NCBI RefSeq assembly: GCF_024521635.1
Contig: NW_026250419.1
Span: forward strand, 186,001 to 250,000
Source of the DNA: Tricharina praecox
Taxonomy: Eukaryota
Direction: 5' to 3'
DNA: 64,000 nucleotides
Shown here: positions 43,315 to 56,790 of the stretch, piece after piece
Position numbering within the stretch: the stretch's first letter is position 1
How the letters are laid out: each line of letters starts with the position of its first letter
Translations under genes and position numbers: made by a program
The notes under the pieces: model-generated
What the model was told of the DNA's origin: nothing
The model's input: only the letters and a program-made list of their open reading frames with translations
Databases searched by the model: none

Positions 43315-44188
43315 AACCCAACCAGAAAAGGAAGCACAGGTGCGCGCATCGTCACTTTTCCGATTTACTCGATTCTCACGAAAGCCTGATCGGCAGACAT
43401 AAAGTGAAGCCTGGAGACCTGGATTCCCAAAGCAACGTCCGACTCTCGGTGGAGATGCATCCATATATCGCTGATGGTGTTCGCGCATTGTCGATCGGCG
43501 CTGCACATCTTGATGCGTGGGGAAAGGGATAAAGACGGGGGAATAGACCTGATACGGCACCATGCACTTACGATACAGAGTCATGATATTTCAGCTACAT
43601 AACGGAATATTGTGTGTGTGGGGGGAATGTCAGAAATACAGGCAGAAGAAGTCTCTGCCATTACTTGTTAAATGTATCTCGCCGCCGGCCCCACATGGAA
43701 TCGAAATCGAGATGGGCCATATCTCGATGAATACTGCCGTCCCATAGTTACGCAGCACAAGTGCCTAAGTACTGAGGTACCTGTGTCAGTCAGCAAATAG
43801 GTAATGAAGCAAGCAGGCGTTGGTCGGGCTTTCGGATGGGAATCTTCTTCCTCGGCCAGCTCGGCTCATGATCATGACCATCCAAAGTCCACTCTAACTA
43901 AGGCCTGGCCACTGGCAAAAGGATCAGAATTCTCGGGATATCACGTGATTGGGACATTTTCAACATGACATATGCCTTGCTTCTCACCTCCCACGCCAGG
44001 CTTCCACAGCTCCAATCCTCCCCACGCAATCCGACCCCACCCACCAAACGCAACCCCCTCCATCCCCGGTGCCAACAGATTGCCGCACCCCTCCCCACAT
44101 CGTCTGACCCTTCGATTGTTCGTTGCCGGATCACAAGAGGCATATACCTACCTCGGCGGAAAATCCCGCCTGTCCCGCAGTCAATGTC

Positions 44189-46719
44189 ATGAAGGCAGCT
44201 GGTCGCCCATTGCAACGGGCATTGGCCCAAACAAGTCGGTTCATAGCACCGGCTCGCGTCCTATGTTCTCTCCAATCCATCCCCCTATGTGCGCTGGGCC
44301 CGCTGCGGCAATCTCAGAGCTGTAGCTCAGCGGCGCTCGGCCATGCTCGGTATCTCAGCTCGTCACCTCCGACAAAGTTCGTCTTTCCGCAGCCCCGAAC
44401 ATCAAGCCCTATATCTACACGGTCATTCTACAATTCGGCAATACCACGACAGGCAAGGCTGCCAGAGGAGGAGAAGGTAAAGGATATTGTAGCTAAGGAC
44501 GCCGTGGAAACGGAATCCGTCGGCTTTGAACTCTCGGAAAAGGCGGCAAAGGCAACACAAGTAAATCTATCGGCAAAGCTCAACAAAGATGGAAAATCCG
44601 GTGGCAAAACTGGATTTGGCGAAATAGTCCGACTGTTAAAGATCGCGAAACCGGAGTCCAAGTGGCTGGGAGGTGGGTCCTGGAGGGGTCGGACAGTAAA
44701 TTGTAGATGCTGACCCCATCTCAGGCGCCTTTATGCTACTCTTGCTCAGCTCATCGATAACAATGGCTATTCCGTAAGTTCTTTTCATCAATCTTCATGT
44801 GCCAGTGCTGAACTTCACAGATTCTCGATTGGAAAGATACTCGATGCGGCAACCAATCCCAACGGCGGAGATATGCTCTTTGGGCTTACAACTATGCAAT
44901 TCTACGGTGCTCTCGCAGCTGTACGTAGCGCCCCGCTTCGAATCCGTTAGAAGCCTAACCCGAGATCAGGTTCTATGCTGTGGTGCTGGCGCGAATTATG
45001 GTCGTATCATCCTGCTCAGGCTTGTTGGTGAGCGTATCGTTGCCCGTCTCCGGTCTCAACTCTTTCGGCGTACCTACGTGCAGAATGCAGAATTCTTCGA
45101 TGCCAACCGCGTTGGAGATCTGATCTCTCGGCTTTCTTCGGACACTATTATCGTGGGCAAGAGCATCACACAGAATCTCTCGGATGGACTTCGTGCGCTG
45201 GTCACTGGTACTGCGGGTATTGCACTGATGACTTACGTGAGCTTCCAATTGACGTCGGTTATGGCCTTTATGTTTCCTCCAATCGCGGTCGCTGCGTTCT
45301 TCTATGGACGAAACATCCGGAATCTCAGTCGCAAGATCCAGCGATCCCTGGGCTCACTTACCAAAGTTGCGGAAGAGCGCTTGAGCAATGTCCGAACCAG
45401 TCAGGCCTTCGCAGGTGAAGTTTTGGAAGTTGGCCGGTACAATAAGGGCGTTCGCAGGATCTACAACCTCGGCAGAAAAGAGGCCTTGGTCAGCGCCGCG
45501 TTCTTCAGTTCTACTGGTCTCATTGGAAATATGACGATTCTTTCGATTCTGTACATTGGAGGGTCGTTGGTCAAATCCGGGACAATCACAATCGGAGAAC
45601 TTTCGTCTTTCTTGATGTATGGCGCTCACACCACAATTCCCTGAAGTATTCTAACAGAAATGCAGGTACACCGCCTATGCCGGATCTAGTATGTTTGGCC
45701 TATCAAGCTTCTACTCCGAGCTCATGAAAGGAGTGGGAGCTGCAAGTCGTCTCTTCGAGCTACAAGACAGAAAACCCACGATCCGTTCGACTGTCGGTAC
45801 GAAGGTGACCTCTGCTCGTGGTATCATCAAATTCAACGACGTCTCATTCGCCTACCCCACCCGCCCTGCCGTTACCATCTTTGACAAGATCAGCTTCGAT
45901 ATCAAACCGGGTATGAGTGTGGCCATCGTCGGACCATCTGGAGGTGGAAAGTCCACCATTTCTTCGCTCCTGCTCCGTTTCTATGACCCCACCTCCGGCT
46001 CCATCACGATCAACGGCGTAGACATCAAGACCATGAACCTTAAATCCCTCCGCCGACGTATCGGCGTGGTAGCCCAAGAACCTGTGCTATTCTCCGGGAC
46101 CATCGCAGAAAACATCGCCTACGGTAAGCCGACCGCCAGCAAACTCGAGATCGTTGAGGCCGCACGCAGGGCGAACTGCAACTTCATTTCCGACTTCCCC
46201 GAGGGTCTGGAGACAAACGTGGGACCTCGCGGAGCCATGCTTTCTGGAGGCCAGAAGCAACGCATCGCCATTGCGCGCGCGCTCCTCAAGAAGCCCGACA
46301 TCTTGATCCTGGACGAGGCTACCAGCGCGTTGGACGCCGAGTCGGAAACCGCGGTCAACGAGGCTCTCTCCAAGCTGATGGACTCCAGCACGACCACCCT
46401 CTCGATCGCACACAGGCTTAGCACCATCGCGGCCGCCAGACTGGTCATCGTCCTCGATAACAACGGGAAGGTGGCGGAGACGGGAACGTTCAAGGAGCTG
46501 GTCGCGCGCGACGGGCCGTTCAAGAAGTTGATGCAGTGGCAGATCAGCGGTGGGGAAGATCCCCAGCAACGACCGCACCATCCACGGCCCGCCGAAGAGG
46601 AGCAGGAGCGGTTGGATGCGGAGATGGCGGAAGAGGGTCGCGGACAGCCGGAGGAGGAGGAGCTTGAGGAGCTGGAGGAGCCCAGAAAGTCGAAGCAGCA
46701 GCAGCCACCATCCTCCTAG
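44189..46719 (+). CDS. MDL1: Mitochondrial half-size ABC-B transporter (Mdl1/Mdl2/ABCB10-like)
   Basis: Presequence-like N-terminus, FFDANRVGDLISRLSSD, Walker A GPSGGGKST, signature LSGGQKQRIAIARA and Walker B ILILDEATSALD; 4 introns. Confidence 0.9.
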
Positions 46720-49338
46720 GACCTCCTCACGATGAGGGGGGAAGCTGGCAGTACTAAAAAATTTGGGGGGTTTATGTTACCGGTTTTTCTTTAGACTGCT
46801 TTTTCCCTGCACATAGAAGTTTTCTCTTATAGGTTTTTTTTATTCTAGTATCTCTTCTTCCCCTGCGTCTGAATACCCCCCGTAAATATTGCCCCGTAGT
46901 GTACGCGTGTGCAATCCAATCCCTTGTATCATATCTCCACTCTTTTTTCTTCCTTTTGGCCTGATGATTGGTTTGCCTTGTTGGGGGTGGGGTGTTTGGA
47001 TAATGGAATACAGTCATGCATAGATTGTCACTCGAGTATGTGAGCACACCATCGGAATTTCTAGTGTCCACCAGGTTCTATGACTATCAATAGAATCAGG
47101 ACAAATTACGCAGTCAGAGGTTTTGTAGAGGTAGAATATGAGCATTGCTAGACAAAAACATACGAAGATATACGAAGACAAAAATAAACAAAAAAAACAA
47201 ACAAAGATGAAAACAAATGAAAACAAAAACCAACAACGACCGTATCTCGTCCAAATCGATCACATCTCCTTCAACTCCTTCAAGACCTCCGCCACAGCGG
47301 ACACAGATCATCCTCTTCCTCCTCGAACAGCCTCGCAGCGCTCCCTCCAGCGGTTCACCGGGGAACCCAACGACTAAGCACACTCCTTGAAGCGCTCTTT
47401 CAACTCCTGGGTTATTCTCCCAGACTAGTTTTCTCAGACATCAATTTGATGTGGAGGTTTTTGGTGAGCGTAGCCGAAGACCGACAGGTTTCTCGGACAG
47501 GTTGTCCGTGAGAAGGTTGTTGGGAATGTTGACAGGTCGTCGCAGTTGGAGCGAGGCCTGGTGCCAGCGAGGCAGCCCCATTGGTAGTTGGAGGCTGCAG
47601 GGCGGCCCGGGCCCGTCTGCGGCAGGGATGGAATGAGCCTACTAGCCCGGGCCCGTGGCAGTTGGAGACGGAGTCTGTTTCCATCCGTACATCCATTCGT
47701 TGTTTGACAACGTCGAAAAGCGGTTCTTCTGTGTTTTTGAAGCTGTTAGTGAGGGATCCACAGCAGGCGCTTTGGGAATAAAAGCACAAGAATAGTGGAC
47801 ACTCGATAACACAAGGGAAGGAAAACTGCAATCCTGCTCGACCGAGACATAGAAAACAGCGATGTATGTTTGGGAGGAGATATTGGGGAGGTTAGTACCT
47901 TAGGTCTGCATGGCGTGGCGGAGCAGTAGTAGAGAGCGGAAGTCGATCGTAATACTAGTCATCCGACAATCATTTCTTGGAGTTTGTCGAGCCACCGAGG
48001 GCTGATTGGAAGGCTTCATGAAAGCAGTAAAGATTGATGAAGGAGATAAAGATGGGCGATTGTGGATGTTGTTATGGTTGAGTGTGTGGTTGTTGTTATG
48101 ATTGAGAGAAGTGTGTAAAGGAAGGAGGACGGGGACGGTGGATGGAGGTGGGTTCTTATAGAAAGCGTCTGCAGTCACGAGTCATCCCACATGAGTCTGT
48201 ACGTGCAGCCCACAGAACTGGAACACCACAGGAGGGTAGGGTCAAACCCGCGGATACCACAGTAGGAAAGGGTTATCTGCGGCAGGACCAATATGGACAA
48301 ATCTTCTCCAGAACCAGACGGGGTTATGTAGCCCAGTTGGTTCCTTCCCCAACATGCTTCAAGTTGCGAGGAAAGGTTCAACTACCATCTTTCGGCTGTG
48401 TGTCACTTCCGCAGCGAAATGCAGTGGCCCAGAAAAGCTACCGGTTCTGGCGTGGAATCGCCGAGCGACTCCACGGCACAGCTGTGTATGAAATATGTCC
48501 TTGCTTCCTTGGGGTCGATGTCCAGATCCGTCTCCAGCACCTACGTATAAACCTCGAGTTATCCATCAGTTGCTGCCTGTACGCAGCTCACCAACCCATC
48601 CGTGTCCGGATCTATAGGCATCTCTCGCCAATCTACATACTCCACTATACCAGTGAATCTGATGATTTCGCATTAAACCCAGGAAGCAGATCATTGAGCA
48701 TACTACTGGCACCGGTATGCATACCCTGACGGAAAGCCTACAAGAGAACTGCCTTAAATCCGTACATATGTAGAGTATTTACGGCTGGGCAGGTTCCCGT
48801 AGGTATCAGTGACAGGGTCAGCAGGGTCGTTGCGCGGGGGGCACGAATCATGTTTTATCGCTCGTACGCCGAGTGAGATGCCATGCAAAGTTTTGAGCAA
48901 ACCTCCTCCTAATTCCAACGCTGGTGGGGAACCAACCGCAGAAACCGAACCCCGCCCACCGCATGGTGGCTGGCAGATTTGAAATTCCAGGATTCGGTTC
49001 TTCCCTTGCCGCCGGGTGCGTGAATCACTACGCCGCTAGCCACTCGGGGGATTCGGGGATTGGTCTCCATGAGGCTACACGGCATCATCTCGATGGCACC
49101 GAGAATGTGTATCCGTCTCCGCCTCGCCTCTTCCTCTTTCCGTGCTATCTATGGCCCTGATCCGTTCCCCATAGCGTACGTCTGGACCGGCGGATGACTT
49201 CGGAGCTTTTCTCACTCATACCCTCGTACCTCCACCCCGTCCACATAGTGAGTACATGTAGTAGACCCCCGCAACAAGAACTAATAAACCCAACCGGTAG
49301 ATGAAATTCAGATTGATACGCCATAGATGATCCCCTCG

Positions 49339-49393
49339 CACCCACTCACCCACTCACCCACTCATTCACCCACTCACCCACCACTCACCCACC
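49339..49393. repeat. (CACCCACT)n simple repeat
   Basis: About 6 imperfect octamer copies downstream of the kinase gene. Confidence 0.85.
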
Positions 49394-49899
49394 AACCGTT
49401 CTATCAATGCCATTTGTCATTGTGCTAGAAAGAAAAAGAAAAAAAGAAAAAATTGCAGCCAATCTGAGGTACATTTCCGACTCGATTCAGCCTCGAGGAA
49501 GAAAGCTCAGATTACGGGAAAAGAAACCGAAACGGAAAACGGAAACGGAAAACGAAAGGGAAAGTAAATGGGGTCGCAATATTAGCATGGAGTAAGATGT
49601 ACTCTAGTACCTGGCTAGGTAGCTCGGTGAATGGTGTTAGCATGAACCATCATCCATAATCCCATCTGTCCATCCATCCATCCATCGTTGTATCCTCCCG
49701 TCCGAAAAACTAATTCGTGTCCAAAAACAATGCATTTCCAAATGCCCAGCTCCCCCTCCCCCCCTTCCATCCCGTCCCATCCCATCGTGAAACCTTTGCC
49801 CAAAGGAAAATAAAGAAAATAAAATAAAACACGGCAAAATAATCACCTCATAGCTAGCAGCTAACCAAACACACCAACACGAACGCAGCGTGTTGATCT

Positions 49900-52071
49900 T
49901 CACTCCTCAATCTCCTGGAGTGGCACAGTGATAGCGTTCTTGACCCACTCGTCATCGCAGACAGCGTCGAGCTTCCATCTCTTTAGCGCGCGCTTCAGTA
50001 GACTCATCACAATCCTCTTTCCGCCCTCAAACTGTTCGTCATAGCCCGGCGCCGCCAGCTTGACCCATTTCCACTCGCAGCGAGCAATCTTGTGCGCCGT
50101 CTTACTCCGCATCTTCTTCTCCGAGCTATCGGGCGGCGGGTCAAACGGCAATTGTCCCTCCAGCAGTGCATAAAGTAGCACGCCGAGCGCCCAGGCATCG
50201 GTCGAGCGCCCATCGTACGGCTGTCCCATTATGAGCTCGGGGGCGGCGTAGTCGTCCGAGCCACACCGTGTGGTCAGCAGATCGTCCTTCTCAAAGTCGA
50301 CACGACGACTGAGTCCCACATCGGTGAGTGTGATGATGGGGTGAGGATAATCGAAGGGCGAATCTGAGACAGCGTTGAGCTGTGGCCGTGTAAGATTGAC
50401 CAGGACGTCTAGAGCACTGATCAATATCCCTCAAAGGGCCACAAAAAAAGACAAAAAAAAAGGTTTCTAACGGCCACTCCACAAGTAAAGGTGGGAGGGG
50501 GGGTTTTATATCATACTTTCGAGCTTGACATCACGGTGTACAATTCCGTTTTGATGTAGATACCGCACGGCACTGACGATCTCTGCGAATATACGGCGGA
50601 TCAACCGCGGCCTCAGTTTGATCGAGTAATCCGTGGCGACATCGAACAGATCCCCTCCGGCGCAAAAGTTAAGCACCAATAGCGCGCGGGAAGGCTCAAT
50701 GTTAAAAGCCTTCAACCGGACCAAACAGGGATGATGGACGGACATGAGAATGTCGAGTTCCCGTTTCAAGCCGCTCTCCACTCTCTCTTTCGATTCCGTA
50801 CCCGCGGCGCCGTGCTCGATAATCTTCACGGCGACGTATTTCCGCGGGTTCAGAGTGACGGGCTCGTCGTCCACGACCACACCTTCGTCGTGCACTTGGT
50901 CGACCTCGTCCGGAATGTCCTCCGATGTTGCTAGTATGACTTTGCTGAATGCACCTTGCCCTATAAGACGCATTCCTCTCCACCTCTTGACCCTACCCGT
51001 CCTCGTGCTCTTGGCCTCGAAGCTCTCGAGCTTCTGCTTCCTGATCAACCGAACACTCTTTTCGTCCGGATCGGCGCAACACGTTTCCATGCTGGAAACC
51101 GACGACAACGACGTGACGCTCCCGCTGAGATATGGACTCGAATCGGCGGAAGAGAGTGTTCTCCGTCGCTGCGCCAGACATTTTTCGCGGTGTATCTTGG
51201 TCGAAGCGTCGAATACCGGTAGCGAGGGACTCCGCTCGTGTCCGCCATTCTTCGACAGGCTGCGACGGATTGGTATCGGAAGGGTCGACTCAAAATCCAG
51301 CTTCTGACCCGTCGTGCCGTTGAAGGAAAACTGCGGTTGCGCAGGAGCAGGTGGTGGTCGGAGAGCTTGGAAGGTTATCCGTTGGTTCTGCGCCGCCAAT
51401 GCAGTGTCGAGCGACTCGCCACTAGACGTGACAAGGGCCGAGTTCCCGCGACTGCTGAGGGATGGTCGCACCGGGGTTCCCCGAGTCACGGAGGGGTTCC
51501 GCGACAACCCTCTGAACTGGTTCCAGGGTCCGGGAGACTCGCAGCTGGCGAGAGGCGACGGCAATGGCGTCATGCGGCCGATGGCATCCATGCCTGGGGA
51601 ATAACAGGACGACGACGCCGAGGAAGGACCTATCGGGGAGAGGCTTTCGCTGACCATGCTTGCCGTCGTCGCCGGAGTCAACGACGCCGTAGCGGAGTCG
51701 GAGCGCACGCTTCGGGTTGTGACGGTAGCTGTAGGAGCGGTTGTGGTTGCAGTAGGAGTATGACCAGGAGTAGGAGTAGGAGTAGGAGTGGAGGTGCTGA
51801 AGACAAAGTCTGTTTTCAAACGAAGGCTGGGGGACTGCGGGGCGACGCCGAGCAATATGTTGGGGTTCGCGAGATGGTGTTGGGGGCGGGCTTCAGGGTT
51901 CGAGTGGGGGGCGGAAGACGGTGATGGTGATGTAGTAGTAGCAGCAGCAGTAGTAGCAGTACTGGATTCGGCGTCTCTATTCATACTGGAGGCGGCGGGC
52001 GACAAGGACGTGGCCAAAGATAGAGATGCGGCAGAGTCATTCTTATGCGCCATGATTACGACAGGCTTCAT
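49900..52071 (-). CDS. Ser/Thr protein kinase, fungal PRR1-like (CAMK-related); start at 52071 or 52053
   Basis: [42 protein letters not shown] and DAWALG motifs after a long S/T/P-rich N-terminus. A GTAAGT..TAG intron at 52082-52148 lies just upstream, probably in the 5' UTR. Confidence 0.88.
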
Positions 52072-53323
52072 GCGCAACAACCTATGAGCTGCCGATGATG
52101 CTGATGATTATGATGATGGTGCTGATATCAGAACAAGTAGGCACTTACACTGCTTTAGCGACAAGACGAGGCTGGATGACACCCACACGTAAGTAGATAT
52201 GTAGAAATGGCCGTTCCGCAAAGCGACGAGTAAGAAGGAGAGTTCTTTTTCTTTTTCTTCTTCTTCTTGTATGCGGGAGCGGAGGGGGATCCTTTTTGAC
52301 AGGAGGAGGAGGGCGGCGACGCTGCTCCGTGCAGCAGGTGGTAAGTAGCTTTAGTCTGAGAAGGCGGGGTGTGTGTGGGGGGAGGAAGGGGGAGGAAGGG
52401 AGGAGGGGGATTAAAGATTGGGGGCCGGGCCGATTGGATGTCCTCTCTGAGTGTTTGTTGTTTCACGTTCTCCGAGTCATGTACGGCACCATGCAACCCC
52501 ACGAAGATCTGCAATAGGGTACCTAGGTTCGGGTTCTTGGTGTCTATCATAGGTGCGAGTATGTAAGAAGGTTGGGAACAGAAGTGCGAATACCCGAACA
52601 CCGTTGCCCACGACATACATGTGAAGGGACTCCGGACTGCGTCTTATATAATGTAGGTAGTACGTATCGGCGCGGAGTGTACGTGTAGATAGTAGGAGGT
52701 ATGAGGTATGTACCTACTCTATGCATGTACTATACCTGCATATCTTGTCTGCGATCAAGTACTCGGCCGGACCGTGTTTACTTCTCAGGTTGAATGTTCT
52801 TCCGGCCGATGTGAGAACAAAGGCCGGCTCCATTGATAGGTTTCGTCTCAAGGTTTGAGCCTGGTCTTTTTCCATATCATATTGATGGCCGAAACAACAC
52901 AGAGTTACTATGATACCTTGTGTACCTAGAGTAGGGGCCTCCATTTCCCCACTCGGCCCGTCCAGATCATGTGGCCACGGTAGATACTAGATAGGGTATC
53001 TGCTAGTAGTGCAACGGAACAGATACGGTGGGTTTTGTCGGCGACGGTCTACCGCTTCTGTTGGCTATTTCCTGGAGAGAGTTGGTAGCTTCACGCAGAT
53101 TTGGCAGGAGTGCACATTTCCTCGAATGCGCCGCTTGCACGCACGCAGATTATCCGTAATCGCGCTCAGCTTTATGTACCGTAGATACCTTATGCACATG
53201 CGTTGTATCTGCAAGCGATGAAGGCGACTCCCGGCGGACTGTCCGTGCAATTCGTCAAGGCAGACGTGCAAAGTAGGTACATACTTGTTAGTATCGTATA
53301 ACTAAGGATCGGAAAGCTGGAGA

Positions 53324-53376
53324 TACCCACTAGGTACACATACCCACTAGGTACACATACACACTTCTAGGTACAC
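53324..53376. repeat. 17-bp tandem repeat TACCCACTAGGTACACA (2 exact copies and 1 degenerate)
   Basis: Directly visible. Confidence 0.85.
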
Positions 53377-53391
53377 GGTCACAGTTTTTTT

Positions 53392-54097
53392 TGACTCACT
53401 TCTTCATACTTAGCAATTTTCACGGAGAGGGCGGTAACCAAGTATTTACTGAGAAGATATTCGGTCGGAAAGCACACTGACATGAGGTGACTCCATCACG
53501 AGATCACGGGAAGCCCCTCCATGTCCATGGGCCACCGTCGAGGGTGATACTCGGTGACCGGTCCGACTCCGGAGTAACGTCTAGGTAGGGCCATCCAGCC
53601 GCAAAATCCAAATTTCCGGATCAAAGTTGCGGCTAACGCAGAGGAGCTGTGGCCGTGATCCAGAAAATGTAGAGAGTATCAGATATGAGTGCAAACAACA
53701 TCATTTAGACCATTGGACCATTGGACTACTAGACTACTGGATCATTGGATCATTGAACCGTTGGATTGTTGGATCATAGGATCAATATCGGATGGCATGC
53801 AGACTCGCTCTAGCGAGTTCGTGCGGCTCTCGCACCTACATACCGCACCTATGCTGTGCAAGCATCCGACCAATCACACGCCGCTGCTTACCTGAAGCAT
53901 TTGGCACTGTTTTTTCTTCCAGTCGGTGATCCGTTCGCCTCGAGTCACTGCTGGTGTACTATATTGTAGTGCCTACTGAAACCTGTCTGTCTCTCCGCTC
54001 AACACACCGCACTCCCCCGAGTCTCCCGTGCTCTGGTGAGTCGAAGCCCCCCCAACCCGTCTGCAATCGTCGTCTTCGTCCACCAGCCGCTGACTCA
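53392..54097. promoter_or_regulatory. Candidate Gcn4/CpcA and Leu3/LeuB sites upstream of ILV3
   Basis: TGACTCA at 53392 and 54091, TGACTC/GAGTCA at 53488 and 53942, and CCG-N4-CGG (CCGACTCCGG) at 53563-53572. Confidence 0.55.
53705..53783. repeat. Degenerate 8-bp tandem array (GAYCATTG-like, about 10 units)
   Basis: gaccattg gaccattg gactacta gactactg gatcattg gatcattg aaccgttg gattgttg gatcatag. Confidence 0.8.
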
Positions 54098-54169
54098 ACT
54101 CGCCAGAGAAGAAATAAAACACAGAGCCACTCAGCCCCCACTACTCCTCCATATCCACACCCCGCCACC

Positions 54170-56422
54170 ATGCTCTCGCGACTACACCTCCGGCCCGCTG
54201 CGGCAAAGGTTCTTACCGCGAAGAATGTTGCGTACGTCAATTCCTACGGCACTCTTCGATCGCATGAAACCCGGCCGTTTGCTGACCCATCTCGTACAGA
54301 CGGACGTTTGCAGTGTCCGCTGCTCGGCGGTCATCGAGCTCGAGCGGCATAAACAAGTCCTCGGCGCACATCACTCAGCCCAAGTCGCAGGGTGCATCGC
54401 AAGCAATGTGTTAGCTACCATAGCCCTTCCCTTCCCTTCCAACCACCCGTTGCCATGATCGACCGTCGTCGTCGACGACGACAGGTGGATGGATGGATAC
54501 AACGCAGTCGTGTGGGTAAGCTGACGACGCTTACGTAGTGTATGCGACTGGAATGAACGAGCAGGACATGAACAAGGCGCAGGTCGGCATCTCATCGGTA
54601 CCACTTCCCGATCCCTACGCGCTTCCGCGGACACACGAGCTCTCTGCTTCGGTGACTTACGGATGTTAGGTGTGGTACTCGGGCAACCCTTGCAACATGC
54701 ACCTGCTGGACCTGAACAAGAAGGTCAAGGAGGGTGTTGAGAAGGCCGGTCTGGTCGGAATGCAGTTCAACACCATCGGTGTGAGGTATGTCGCCGATAT
54801 CCCGAAACTCCGGGCGGGTCGGCGATACGGGGTTCTGACTTTGCCGCCAGTGACGGAATCTCCATGGGCACGAGCGGTATGAGGTACTCGCTGCAGTCGC
54901 GCGATCTGATTGCGGATTCTATCGAGGTCAGTCTATATCATGTGCTCCGATCGCATGTGCGGTCTTGCTAATCCGCATGCATCGCAGACCGTGATGGGAG
55001 GACAATGGTACGACGCCAACATTTCTATTCCTGGATGTGACAAGAACATGCCGGGTGTGGTCATGGCCATGGGCCGTGTCAACAGGCCCTCCCTCATGGT
55101 CTACGGAGGAACCATCCAGGCCGGAAAGGCCGCCTGCCAAGGTGGTGCTCAGATCGATATCGTCTCTGGTGCGTACTTTTTGCATGGAGACTCACTCGTC
55201 GAAAAACGATCCCCGGGCTCACAAACAGACAGCTTTCCAGGCATACGGACAATACATCACCAAGGATATTAACGAGGAGCAGCGATTCGATATCATCCGC
55301 AACGCCTGCCCCGGCCCCGGTGCTTGCGGCGGGATGTACACCGCCAACACCATGGCTACAGCCATCGAGTCCATGGGTATGACCCTTCCCGGCTCGTCCT
55401 CCAACCCTGCCGAGTCCCAGTCCAAGCTGGACGAATGTCTCGCTGCCGGTGTTGCCATCCGTACCCTGCTGGAGAAGGACATCAAGCCTCGCGACATCAT
55501 GACGCGCGCCGCATTCGAGAACGCCATGGTTGTCGTCAACATCACCGGAGGCTCTACCAACGCCGTTCTTCACCTGATCGCCATCGCCCACAGCGTTGGA
55601 ATCAAGCTCACCATCGACGACTTCCAGAAGGTCTCTGACCGCACTCCCTTCCTTGCTGACCTCAAGCCCTCCGGCAAGTACGTCATGGCCGACATCCAGG
55701 GCATCGGCGGAACCCCCGCTCTCCTCAAGTACCTCCTCCAGAACGACCTGATCGACGGCAACATCATGACCGTGACCGGCAAGACCCTGGCCGAGAACGT
55801 CGAGAAAGTCGAGGGCTTCCCCGCCGACCAGAAGATCATCCGTCCCCTGTCGGACCCGATCAAGCCTACGGGCCACATCCAGATCCTGCGCGGCTCGCTC
55901 GCCCCCGGCGGCTCCGTCGGCAAGATCACCGGAAAGGAGGGCCTCCGCTTCGAGGGCAAGGCGCGCGCCTTCGACGGCGAAGACGCCTTCGTACAGGCTC
56001 TCGAGCGTGGCGAGATCAAGAAGGGCGAGAAGACCGTCGTCGTCATCCGCTACGAGGGCCCCAAGGGCGCCCCGGGAATGGTCGAGATGCTGAAGCCGTC
56101 GTCGGCCATCATGGGTGCCGGCCTCGGCCAGGACGTGGCCCTCATCACTGACGGCCGCTTCTCTGGTGGCTCCCACGGCTTCCTCATCGGTCATATTGTC
56201 CCCGAGGCTCAGGAGGGCGGCCCGATTGGACTCGTCCGCGACGGCGATAAGATCATCATCGACGCTGAGAAGCGGGTCCTCGACCTCATTGTCGACGAGG
56301 CGACGCTCGCCGAGCGGAGGAAGGAGTTTAAGCCTAAGCCCCTGAAGTACACCCAGGGCACACTGTACAAGTACACCAAGCTGGTGTCTGACGCCAGTCA
56401 CGGATGTGTCACTGATCTGTAA
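54170..56422 (+). CDS. ILV3: Mitochondrial dihydroxy-acid dehydratase
   Basis: Presequence, [55 protein letters not shown] and TDGRFSGG; 6 introns. Confidence 0.97.
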
Positions 56423-56790
56423 ATCGGCGTGGGCGTGGGCGTGGGTGGGGGTGGGTTGTATACAGCATGACGGGATAAAAAATGTCGAATATAGGCAGGA
56501 GTTTTTGCTTTGTTTTGGTAAGATAGTAGGAAGTAGTATGATATGATGCATGAAAACGAAATTGCGTCTTGTCTACTCGGTCCGCTTGCTTGCTATTAGA
56601 GTACCAGAGTACCACCGACTTCTTCCTTCTTCCTTCTCCCCTCTCCCTTCCTTCCTGTAATACCCGCACTCGTTTCCAATCGATACCGGTCATTCGCTCT
56701 AAAATATGATAACAACCAAAAAAACAAAACGAGACGACTGCCTCCCTCCCACACCCACACCCACACCCACACCCATCACCAACCAACCGC

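Noticed and set aside
53705..53783. Short repeat arrays (here and at 38675 and 53324) as CRISPR-like arrays
   Set aside because: Contiguous tandem units with no unique spacers, no cas genes and a eukaryotic context.
55094..56551. 485-aa minus-strand ORF overlapping ILV3
   Set aside because: Antisense shadow of a gene with strong C-ending codon bias; no independent motifs.
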